From the NCBI GenBank assembly GCA_965203175.1, contig OZ241867.1, forward strand, positions 6,496,001 through 6,560,000: a stretch of 64,000 nt of DNA, given 5' to 3'. The notes beneath the pieces are model-generated. The model saw only the letters and a list, made by a program, of their open reading frames with translations, had not been told where the DNA came from and searched no databases. Numbering within the stretch: position 1 is the stretch's first letter; each line of letters begins with the position of its first letter. The stretch is from Candidatus Latescibacterota bacterium. GTDB lineage: Bacteria > Latescibacterota > UBA2968 > UBA8231. The translations under genes and the position numbers were made by a program. Below, piece after piece: positions 9,592 to 18,138 of this stretch.

Positions 9592-11654
9592 AAGGCCCCT
9601 CTTTTGGCGCTATCCCCTAACTCTGGTTGCGCCAGCGTCTCCACTAGGGGAATAAAATACTGAGTATGCGGCCCTTCGTCGGCAAACTGGCGCGCGAGGC
9701 GGCGAGCGTCCTCCAAGCGGTCGTTGTGGATCAAGGTCTCCGCCAGAGCCGGGAAGAGCACAAAGATGTATTCGCGCTGGATCTGGGGCGCTTCAAGGGC
9801 CTGCAAAAGAGGCGGCAGAGCCTGCTGGTACTGCCCCAGCAGAAAGTGAAGCTGGCCTTTGATCAGCGCTGCGAATCCCGGATCGGCCGAGTCAGAGCCG
9901 ACGACGAATGGAAAGCGCTGTAGGGCGCGTTGCAGGACCGCGGCCCGGTCGCCGGAGATGGCCTCGCCGCTCAGGGCAAAGGTCCGCCCCCACTGAACCG
10001 CGGCCCACAGATCGCCCCGCAGAGTAAAGGGCGCTTCCCAGCGGGCCGCTCTATAGTACGAGCGGGCCGTTGAAAAATCGCGCACAGCAAAAAGTTGCTC
10101 GGCCACTTGCAGGGCCAACAGCCCCTGGTCCCGGTGGCGCATCCACTGTTCAGCGCCGCGCTGCTCAGCCGCGGAGAGTTCTTCCCATAGCTGCTTGGCC
10201 AATCGCCGGTAGCGCGTGGCATTGTGGGCGTTGTACCGGTCCATGGGCGGCCGACTGAACAATTCGGCCATGGCTTGGTAAACCCGCAGACGACCGACGG
10301 GCAAATCGCCCAGCAGGTCTCGATATTGAGCATCGCTGCGCAGGCGCGCCAACTCGACGGGTTCATCCACGACTTGCGGCACAGCTTCGACGACCGTGCG
10401 CGCCAACAGAGCCTGTCCCGCCACCGAAGGATGCAGGTGATCGGCCATCAACTCCCAGCCCACGCCCTCGGAAGGAGCAGCCCGATCAAAGGCCGCTTGC
10501 ACGTCGGCTAACCCAACCCCACTCTGGCGCGCCACGCTGTCGATCACCGCGCTGAAAGAGCGCGGGGCCCGCCAGGGCATGGTGTCGAGTTGGCGGGCCT
10601 TGGCAAAGGCTTGGCGGGCCGCCGCAGGGCGCTGCAAGTGGACTAAGGCCCGGCCCCTGAGATACCACAGATAGGCGTGTTTTTCCCATACCTGAGCCGC
10701 CGTGGTCAAATTCTCCAACGCCCCGTGGACAGCCTCCGGAGGCGGGGGCTCCAGCACCAGAATCTCGGCGGCCTTAGCCACCTGCTGCTGCCACTGCCGG
10801 GCCAGATGCTCCTCCAGAGGAGGCGCGGCCCCAGCGCCGGGCGCGAAACCAGACTCATTAGCCGCCAAAGTACACAAGATCAACGGAACCTCGGCTTTGC
10901 TACAGGCAGCGGCCACACTTAGCAGATTGGCGCGCAGGTGCTCGGGAGCGGCCCGACGCCGCGGGCTGTCCAGCGCGACTTGGCCGCGCTCGGCCATAAT
11001 CCGCGCCAAGGCCGTGGAGGAGACCTCGCTGCCGCGAAAATAATCCAGTCCCGTCCGCACCAAGGCGGTGAGCCGTCTCTGCATAAGGAAGTAGTGCAGC
11101 CGGTTGCGCCAGGGCGAATGGCGTTCGTCAACCCCGTAGATCCCATTGAATTCGTTGTGGCCGGTGTACACCACCACTAGATCCGGCTCCAGTTGCAGGG
11201 CGTCTTCGACCACTTTGGCAACGGCAAAACTGGCGATTGACGTAATCCCCAAGTTGAACACCTGGACCTCTTTATCGGGCCAGATGTCCTGCAGCATGGC
11301 CGCCAAAAAGGACGAAGCCGCAAGGGATTGGACATAGGGGTAGCCCTGGACCGTGGAGGCACCGGCAAAGACCACGCGAAAGCGCTTGCGGGGAGCCGGC
11401 TCGAAAAAGGGCTGGGATCCCATGCGACCGCTGCCGATGAGTTTGCCTTGGTAACGCTGGAAGAAAAAGCGCCTAGCGTAGAGAGGATTGACACTGCGCA
11501 GACGCCGCTCATCGCGCTCGGCCAAGGTGACGAGAAAAGGCTCGGGGGCTAAGGCTGAGACTAGGTGCAACAGCAGTTCCGCGACCACGACGAGGACCAA
11601 TCCCAGTCCCAGCCCAGCGAAGCGGAGGAACCAGACTCGTTGGCGGCTGGTCAT
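9588..11654 (-). CDS. Membrane-anchored SGNH/GDSL hydrolase-like protein with TPR segments
   Basis: Start reassigned to ATG 11654 (MTSRQRVW; ATGA overlap with upstream stop; GGAGG RBS); N-terminal TM; blocks GASTVQG, NLG, YTGHNEF, DHLHPS. Confidence 0.78.
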   Translation of the reverse strand: MTSRQRVWFLRFAGLGLGLVLVVVAELLLHLVSALAPEPFLVTLAERDERRLRSVNPLYARRFFFQRYQGKLIGSGRMGSQPFFEPAPRKRFRVVFAGASTVQGYPYVQSLAASSFLAAMLQDIWPDKEVQVFNLGITSIASFAVAKVVEDALQLEPDLVVVYTGHNEFNGIYGVDERHSPWRNRLHYFLMQRRLTALVRTGLDYFRGSEVSSTALARIMAERGQVALDSPRRRAAPEHLRANLLSVAAACSKAEVPLILCTLAANESGFAPGAGAAPPLEEHLARQWQQQVAKAAEILVLEPPPPEAVHGALENLTTAAQVWEKHAYLWYLRGRALVHLQRPAAARQAFAKARQLDTMPWRAPRSFSAVIDSVARQSGVGLADVQAAFDRAAPSEGVGWELMADHLHPSVAGQALLARTVVEAVPQVVDEPVELARLRSDAQYRDLLGDLPVGRLRVYQAMAELFSRPPMDRYNAHNATRYRRLAKQLWEELSAAEQRGAEQWMRHRDQGLLALQVAEQLFAVRDFSTARSYYRAARWEAPFTLRGDLWAAVQWGRTFALSGEAISGDRAAVLQRALQRFPFVVGSDSADPGFAALIKGQLHFLLGQYQQALPPLLQALEAPQIQREYIFVLFPALAETLIHNDRLEDARRLARQFADEGPHTQYFIPLVETLAQPELGDSAKRGAL

Positions 11655-12478
11655 GGCGGCCCCTCCCTCAGCAATCGCGCTCCCACCGAGGCATAGCGCC
11701 CGTGCGGCACTTGGCTGAGGCGGTTGGCCGAGCGCAGGCGGCGGGCTCCGTTGTTGTGGAAATAACCGCCCCGGAGAACGCGCTGTATCCCGGTTGTAGG
11801 GCCGGGAGGATCCACTTTGAGAGCGCTGCCGTAGTACTCGGGACTGTACCAATCGTGGACCCACTCCCACAGATTGCCGTGCATATCGTACAGGCCCCAA
11901 GGATTGGGTTTTTTCGTCGCCACTGACTGGCTGTGTCGCAGACCGACGTCCCAAGTATTGCCGGTGTGCCAGGCAAAGTCGTCCAGCAGCACCTCGTCGT
12001 CGCCAAAGGACCAGCGGGTAGAGGTACCAGCCCGGCAGGCGTACTCCCACTCGGCTTCCGTGGGCAGGCGGTAGAGTCGGGCGCCAGCACTGGCGTTGAG
12101 GGCCGCGGCGAATTGCTCGACGTCGAGCCACGACAGCCCTGCGGCCGGGTAGTCCGGTCCTTGGAGGACGAAATCTAGGCCGGCCCACGGCTGCGTATCC
12201 ATGACCGCAGTCCACTGTTGCTGGGTGATTTCTGTCTGCGCCAGATAGAAACCCCGGGTAATTTGCACCTCGCGTTGCGGTGCCTCGTCGTCGTCCCGTC
12301 CTGGTTCAGTGGGAGGCGAACCCATGACAAAGGTGCCTGGATCAATCCAGACAAAGGCCATCTCGGCCCCATCCGGTAGTTCGGCGACCAGTACGGGTCG
12401 ATCCGCCGCTGTTTCCGGCTCGCATCCCCAGGCGATGAGGGCGAGCAATAGGATTTTATAAAGTCTGGACGCGTACAT
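11651..12478 (-). CDS. FGE-sulfatase/SUMF1-fold lipoprotein lacking the catalytic Cys pair
   Basis: Start ATG 12478 (MYASRLYKILLLALIAWG-C lipobox); PGTFVMGS, RLPTEAEWEYACRAG, NPWGLYDMHGNLWEW, RVLRGGY. Confidence 0.88.
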   Translation of the reverse strand: MYASRLYKILLLALIAWGCEPETAADRPVLVAELPDGAEMAFVWIDPGTFVMGSPPTEPGRDDDEAPQREVQITRGFYLAQTEITQQQWTAVMDTQPWAGLDFVLQGPDYPAAGLSWLDVEQFAAALNASAGARLYRLPTEAEWEYACRAGTSTRWSFGDDEVLLDDFAWHTGNTWDVGLRHSQSVATKKPNPWGLYDMHGNLWEWVHDWYSPEYYGSALKVDPPGPTTGIQRVLRGGYFHNNGARRLRSANRLSQVPHGRYASVGARLLREGPP

Positions 12479-12480
12479 AG

Positions 12481-14190
12481 TTACAACCCGGCAACATTGC
12501 CCTGCGTCCGGCGCACCGCAAGCCCCTGTCCCTCGGTGATCACCAGCCACTGGTCGGCGTCGAGATCGCGAAATTCCTCGACCCGGCCGCCGGGCCAGCG
12601 CACCACTAGCCGCTCGACTTTGGTGGCCCGTTGCAACCCGAAGTGAGCGCGGATGTCGCTGTGCGACAGGAAGCTGGTCCCCGCGACAATTTGGCGAATC
12701 TGGACGCCGGCGGCGACCACGGCCTCAATGCGAGCCCCAATGCCGTCCCGATTGCTCGCGGTGCCAATGAGGGAGACCTGGAGCCAGTGATTGCGGTTGC
12801 CGCCGTCGTTGCGCAACAGGGTGGGCGTATCGTCGATATTGAGGATGAGGATGTCGATGTCGCCGTCGTTGTCGTAGTCGCCAAAGGCCGCCCCCCGGCT
12901 CACCTTTTCCACGGCCAAGCCGCTGCCGGCCTGGGTACCAATTTCAACGAAGGAGCCGCTGCCGTCGTTGTCAAAGAGAAAATTGCGTTGGGCGTACCGC
13001 GTGCCCACATCGTAGTCGTCCAAGACCGGATAGACATGGCCATTGGCGGCGAATAGATCCAAATCGCCGTCGTTGTCGCGATCGAAGAAGCCCGTGCCCC
13101 AACCCACGAAGGGCATGCTCACCTCGCCCACGCCCACCGCGTGGCTCACATCGGTAAAAAGGCGTCCTCCTTCACTGCGGTACAAGGTGTAGTAATCCTC
13201 GGAGAAATGGGTGACGAAAAAGTCGCAATCGCCATCGTTGTCGTAGTCGCCCGTGGCCACGCCCATGCCGGCTTGTTCCTCGCCATCGGCGCTGTGGCTG
13301 GCACCCGTGGCCAAGGAGACATCTTTGAAGCGCCCATTGCCCAAGTTGCGCAAGAGCAGATTGGGATCGGTGTCGTTGGCCACGTACAGATCCAGGTCCC
13401 CATCGCTGTCGCTATCGACAAATACGGGTTGGAACCCGTTGTACGCCACCGGACCAACGCCGATCTGAGCGGTAACATCCTCAAAGGTACCATCGCCTCG
13501 ATTGCGGTAGAGCACGTCCTGTTCTCCCTCATAGGCGTTGGGTCCTTGGAATATCTTGATCCCCTTCCACAACTGATAGAGATCGGCTTCGTCGAGTTCG
13601 TCTGGATTAAAGCGGACAAAATTGGCCACGTACAGATCCACATCCCCGTCCACATCGTAGTCGCCCCAAGCAACGCCCGTGCTCCAGCGCGGATCCGCCA
13701 CCCCCGCAGCGTGGGCCACCTCGTCAAAGGTCCCATCGCCCTGATTGCGGTAGAGCCGGTTGGGTCCATAGTTGGTTGCCAAAAGGTCGGTGTCGCCGTC
13801 GTTGTCGTAATCCGCGGCCCCACAACCCATGCTCCAAGCCGTGTCGCCCACGCCAGCCGTGCGAGTGACATCGGCGAACGTGCCATCGCCCCGGTTGCGG
13901 TAGAGCCGGTTGCCGGGCGGGGGATCGGGCAGCGGCTCGAAGGAGGAGCCATTGATTAGGTATGCATCTAGGTAGCCGTCGTTGTCGTAGTCGAACAGAC
14001 CCGCGCCGCCGCCCTTGGACTCAATGATATAGGTCTTCTGCGGCTTGCCCGAGACATTGCGCCCATGCAGGCCGGCTTGTTGGGCCACATCGACAAAGAC
14101 CACCCGCGGCGGTGTAGCCTCTTCACCGCACCCGAGCAACAGCAGGCCCGCGCCGCCCAGCGCGCAGTACAAATTTCGCTTTCCAATCAT
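12481..14190 (-). CDS. CRTAC1-family protein (FG-GAP/VCBS repeats plus ASPIC/UnbV domain), lipoprotein
   Basis: Start ATG 14190 (TGATG overlap); LLLG-C; repeated DYDNDGDxD; C-terminal SNRDGIGARI, HFGL, VRWPGG. Confidence 0.9.
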   Translation of the reverse strand: MIGKRNLYCALGGAGLLLLGCGEEATPPRVVFVDVAQQAGLHGRNVSGKPQKTYIIESKGGGAGLFDYDNDGYLDAYLINGSSFEPLPDPPPGNRLYRNRGDGTFADVTRTAGVGDTAWSMGCGAADYDNDGDTDLLATNYGPNRLYRNQGDGTFDEVAHAAGVADPRWSTGVAWGDYDVDGDVDLYVANFVRFNPDELDEADLYQLWKGIKIFQGPNAYEGEQDVLYRNRGDGTFEDVTAQIGVGPVAYNGFQPVFVDSDSDGDLDLYVANDTDPNLLLRNLGNGRFKDVSLATGASHSADGEEQAGMGVATGDYDNDGDCDFFVTHFSEDYYTLYRSEGGRLFTDVSHAVGVGEVSMPFVGWGTGFFDRDNDGDLDLFAANGHVYPVLDDYDVGTRYAQRNFLFDNDGSGSFVEIGTQAGSGLAVEKVSRGAAFGDYDNDGDIDILILNIDDTPTLLRNDGGNRNHWLQVSLIGTASNRDGIGARIEAVVAAGVQIRQIVAGTSFLSHSDIRAHFGLQRATKVERLVVRWPGGRVEEFRDLDADQWLVITEGQGLAVRRTQGNVAGL

Positions 14191-15317
14191 CAGTCGCGTC
14201 CGTCGATAAATTCCAAGTCGCACTCGGCGACTGTGCGGCCCTCTGCAGGTGCAAACGTCCACCGCTCTATCTCAGAGCGGACACAGGCATCCACCGCCGC
14301 GCTCACTACCCCCGAATCGACGATTTCCACCGCTGCCACAGCACCGGTCGGGTCGATGGTAAAGCGGACTTTCATCCGTCCTGCAGCCGCGCGACCAGCG
14401 GCAAATTCGCGGGCGAAACAGGCGTTGATATCCGTCAGGCGATCTTGCAGTTCGCCCTCGAGCGCGCTAGCCGCCCGCGTCGGATTCCCGGCTGCGCCGC
14501 GATCTAGCTGTAGCGGGCCACCTAGCCGGGTATAAGTAACAAGCCCACTCAGGGACTCATCCCGCTCTCGCTCGACGAGTTCCCGCTGCACCTCGCGCTG
14601 GAACTCAAAGCGCAGAGTAGTAGTTTCCAACGGCGCGTCGTGGGGATTGAATTTGAGGACGAAGTCGCGCAGCACCAAGGCGACTTGCGCCACCTCGTCG
14701 GCGAGCGGATCAAAGACGATCAAACCTCGGTACGACTCGCCTTTGAAAATTTTGCGGTCGATGTTGTAGTTGTTGCTGCGCACAATGCCCATGCGCATGT
14801 TGAAGCGGTAAAAATCATTGCCGCTGGGGCTCCTGCGGGCGCGGTAGTACGACTCAAAGTTCCTAGGCGACGAACCCGCCAAAATGCCGTAGGGCTGGAG
14901 GAATTCGCCGCCCCGATCCGTCAGCAGCACGGCCTTGAGGGGGTTGAGTTCCACTTTGGCAAAGGCGCGGTTGTGCACCTCGATTTCAAAGACGGTAAAG
15001 CGATTGCGAACATAGCCAACCGTCGGATCGACATAGTCGCCAAAAGTGTAGGGATTGATCGAGTACTCTCCCTGGCTCGACTCTGTGGGGAACATGGCGT
15101 TGAGTTCCGAGTCGCTCAGGTGGCGAACCAAAAGCCGCAGGCCTTCTATGGTATAGGAGACGGCCCCGTCGCTCTCTAAAGCGTACTGGGCCGAGGCCGC
15201 AGACATAGGCAGCAGCCGGGAGACCTGGACGATTTGCTGAGGGTAGAGCAAATGGCAGCCACAGGCCAAGAGCCAGAGTCCGGCCGCACAAAAACCTATT
15301 TTTTTATTCGTCAACAT
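14190..15317 (-). CDS. Lipoprotein, uncharacterised family, with C-terminal TonB-C/AgmX-PglI-like domain
   Basis: LLACG-C; NPYTFGDYVDP, RNRFTVF, FESYYRAR; C-terminus INACF...GRMKVRFTIDPTGAV...VDACVRSEIERWTF; paralog of 1074-2261. Confidence 0.75.
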   Translation of the reverse strand: MLTNKKIGFCAAGLWLLACGCHLLYPQQIVQVSRLLPMSAASAQYALESDGAVSYTIEGLRLLVRHLSDSELNAMFPTESSQGEYSINPYTFGDYVDPTVGYVRNRFTVFEIEVHNRAFAKVELNPLKAVLLTDRGGEFLQPYGILAGSSPRNFESYYRARRSPSGNDFYRFNMRMGIVRSNNYNIDRKIFKGESYRGLIVFDPLADEVAQVALVLRDFVLKFNPHDAPLETTTLRFEFQREVQRELVERERDESLSGLVTYTRLGGPLQLDRGAAGNPTRAASALEGELQDRLTDINACFAREFAAGRAAAGRMKVRFTIDPTGAVAAVEIVDSGVVSAAVDACVRSEIERWTFAPAEGRTVAECDLEFIDGRD

Positions 15318-15321
15318 CGGC

Positions 15322-18138
15322 TCACTCGAACCCTAAAAATACCCGCATGAACAAGGAGGTGACGTCGAGGTCGTCTCCAGCGCGGGTGGGATCGTCAAAA
15401 ATCCGGCGAGTGAGGCGCAGGCCCACATTGGTCGAGAGCGCATAGCCGAAATAGTTCGAGTGATTGGTCAGTTGCACGACCCGCACGGCCTCGGTAAAAC
15501 TATTGCGGTTATCAGTGCGATCCTTTTTACTCAGCGGCAAAAAGGGCAGCCCCTGCATCCCACAGGAAAATTCAGTGCGCGGCGTCAGCCTATACTGAGC
15601 CTTGAGGATGGGGACCAACGTCCACTCGTCCTCCAGCGCAACCGGCAGACTGTCGCGGTTGCGGCGCAGGTACAGTCCCTTGCCCTGAAATACTACCAGC
15701 CAGTTGTCCGTAGCTTCCCAGTCGTACGCGGCGCGTGCTACCAAGGTCAGCAGGCGGATTTCGTCGGCACCCTGATCCGAACCATCGGACAGCACTGCGG
15801 CCTGCTGGAGATTGATGGCATAGCGCATATTGCCGTCCAAACGCAGTCCGGTCAGCGGCCACCACGCTCCTTCGAGGTAGTGCTGGCGGTCGATGCTGTC
15901 GCGCCATTCGAGCAGATCCCCCACCGTGGTGCGGTCGTACACTAGGGAACCAGGGCTGTGGTACGGGGCATCGGGAGCGGGTTCCGACAGGGTTTCTTCA
16001 AAGGTCTGGTACGGGTTGGCGAAGTCGTCGTGGACGCGCTGCAAGAAAATCTCGCCGGCGAAATAACCCTGCTGCCAATCGCGGCGCGACAGGGCAAGGC
16101 TGGCGTAGTCGATCTCGTTGCGCCGCTCGCTAAGAATGCCTTTGGCCTTGAGCCGCCCCACCCCGACAGACAAGCCGCCGGGCAGGCGCAGCCGGCCAAA
16201 GACGTGGCCGCCTCGCTGGTCCTGCTGGTAGGGTAGATCGGGTTCTAGGTCGTCCTCGCGCACATCGGCGATGCCGTTGTGGTTCCAGTCGCGGCCGTAG
16301 AAGTACGCGTCCGGTTCCACCGCAAAGAGCAAAAACGGCTCGACGTAATCGGGGAGGGCATTGCCATTGCGATTGGTATCGGGAATGCCGTCGTTGTCCT
16401 CGTCGTTGCCGGGAAAGACCCCGTCTGGGTCGTAGTCGGTCGCGCCGTGGTGGCCGCCCCGCGCTCCGGGACCTCGGTCGGGCCAACGATCGTCGTCGTC
16501 GTTGTCCTCGACAAAGCCGTCTGAGATCTCAGCCCCCGGCACCGCGGCTACGTGGTCGCCGATCAACTGGCGAGTAAAATTCGGCCCCACGGAGAACAAT
16601 TCGCCCCCCAATTCGAGATGGGAACTGGCCCACTCCGCAGTCAGATAGTACGAGGCATCCCGGGTGGTGCTGTGCGCTCCGTTCCACCGGCGCACGCCCT
16701 CAAATTCTCTCGGGAGGCGATGTCCGGGCCGGCCGTCTGGATAGCGCAAGTACTCAATGCTGCGGGCGAATTCTCCGCGGATGCGGGTGCGACCTCTTTC
16801 AAAATAGCCGTCAACGCCGACTACGGTGCGGCCGGTCCAAGCTCCGGCGTCGAGGCGAATCTGCGTTGCATTGGACAGGTCTTGGACATTGCCCGAGGCG
16901 CGGCGCAGCGATTCGAGGTTGGCCAACTGCCAGCGCGCCTGTTCCTGGGTGGCCCTAGGTTCGGCTTCGTACAAGCCGACCAGCTCCACCAGATAGTCGT
17001 TGCCTACCACGGCTTCCACTTCGACCTGCTCGACAACATACTCCTCGGTCAGATCGAAAAAGGCGAGAATGACATCGTAGCCATCGGCGCGCAATTCAGC
17101 GTCCGCCTCAATGGGCACAATAAAGTTCACCAGTTCGCCTAAGTTGACGTTGCGGGAGACGTCCTCGCCCTGCAAGTGGCGGCGCAGGTAGAAAAAATCG
17201 GCATAGCGCGTGCCTTGATCGGTGTACGGACGTCGCTGAAACTGGCCGGTGAGTCGATTGTTGAGGCCCACGGCCGTGGGATTGCGGGCGTCAATGCGCA
17301 CCAACTCGGGCGCAATATCCGGCCGGTACTCGCCGTTGATCAGCAGGCGCACCGCGGAAACAGCAGCGCCAGCGCGCTCGTCGCCGGGGGAATCGTCGGC
17401 AAAGCGCGCAATGATAAAACTGGGCAAAACTTGGTCTCCGCGCAGATCGCCTCGGAGGGAAAAATCGCCCTGCGCACTGTCGAAGAGATTGAAGTGGACG
17501 CCACTCGCTCCCAAGGTGAGCGCACCTAAGTGCAACTCGCCGCGTCCGCCCGTGAGCAGGGATGCGTTGCGCGCTTCTGATCGCGGGGTGCCGGCCACCC
17601 AGATGGGGTCGCGGAAGCGCGAGGCCAACAGCGAGAATTGGGTCGGCCCTTTGTCCACGTCGAGGCGGATCCCGTTGACGCCAGTCATATCGAGGGTCAG
17701 GGGCGTGAAAAAGGTGCGGATCTCGTCGCCGATGATCAGCCGGGCGGACCAGTCGTTGTAACTGTCGAAGCCGACGATATTGCGGTCGAGCAGCCCATAG
17801 CGCGCGTTCTGCTTGAAGAGCTCGCTGTTGGGCGCTTGGCCAATGGGGAAGTCGGCGCGCGTCTCCCGCCACGAAAACACATCGTACCCGTAGATCAGGT
17901 GATGGCCGAGCGGGCCGTAGTAATTGCGCCGGTCAAAGGGCGGTAGCAAGGTCTGATCCGGGATCTCGTAGTCCGTTTTCGCGCGATTGACATAGGGGCG
18001 GCCGGGCCGGTGGACGAAGAGGTGGGCCGGGAGAAAGGTCGGCACCCCAGGCCGGGGCTTGGACTCCTCGGCTTCGAGCCCCGGAACTGGGAGGGCCGAC
18101 AAGAAGAGCAAGCATCCTGTGCTAATTGCCGCTCTCAT
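15322..18138 (-). CDS. ~900-aa predicted outer-membrane beta-barrel protein with Asp-rich insert (paralog 1)
   Basis: Signal peptide; GDEIRTFFTPLTL, DDSPGD, GNVQDLSN, EDNDDDDRWPD, DGVFPG, PDYVEPFL, DLEPDLPY; amphipathic C-terminal strands ending LFMRVFLGFE. Confidence 0.7.
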   Translation of the reverse strand: MRAAISTGCLLFLSALPVPGLEAEESKPRPGVPTFLPAHLFVHRPGRPYVNRAKTDYEIPDQTLLPPFDRRNYYGPLGHHLIYGYDVFSWRETRADFPIGQAPNSELFKQNARYGLLDRNIVGFDSYNDWSARLIIGDEIRTFFTPLTLDMTGVNGIRLDVDKGPTQFSLLASRFRDPIWVAGTPRSEARNASLLTGGRGELHLGALTLGASGVHFNLFDSAQGDFSLRGDLRGDQVLPSFIIARFADDSPGDERAGAAVSAVRLLINGEYRPDIAPELVRIDARNPTAVGLNNRLTGQFQRRPYTDQGTRYADFFYLRRHLQGEDVSRNVNLGELVNFIVPIEADAELRADGYDVILAFFDLTEEYVVEQVEVEAVVGNDYLVELVGLYEAEPRATQEQARWQLANLESLRRASGNVQDLSNATQIRLDAGAWTGRTVVGVDGYFERGRTRIRGEFARSIEYLRYPDGRPGHRLPREFEGVRRWNGAHSTTRDASYYLTAEWASSHLELGGELFSVGPNFTRQLIGDHVAAVPGAEISDGFVEDNDDDDRWPDRGPGARGGHHGATDYDPDGVFPGNDEDNDGIPDTNRNGNALPDYVEPFLLFAVEPDAYFYGRDWNHNGIADVREDDLEPDLPYQQDQRGGHVFGRLRLPGGLSVGVGRLKAKGILSERRNEIDYASLALSRRDWQQGYFAGEIFLQRVHDDFANPYQTFEETLSEPAPDAPYHSPGSLVYDRTTVGDLLEWRDSIDRQHYLEGAWWPLTGLRLDGNMRYAINLQQAAVLSDGSDQGADEIRLLTLVARAAYDWEATDNWLVVFQGKGLYLRRNRDSLPVALEDEWTLVPILKAQYRLTPRTEFSCGMQGLPFLPLSKKDRTDNRNSFTEAVRVVQLTNHSNYFGYALSTNVGLRLTRRIFDDPTRAGDDLDVTSLFMRVFLGFE

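Noticed and set aside
11655-12215. N-terminal extension of the 875-aa ORF
   Set aside because: Overlaps the FGE gene in another frame; ATG 11654 has RBS, ATGA overlap and a TM segment
8836-12478. FGE/C-lectin-fold genes as diversity-generating retroelement targets
   Set aside because: No reverse transcriptase or template repeat seen in the window
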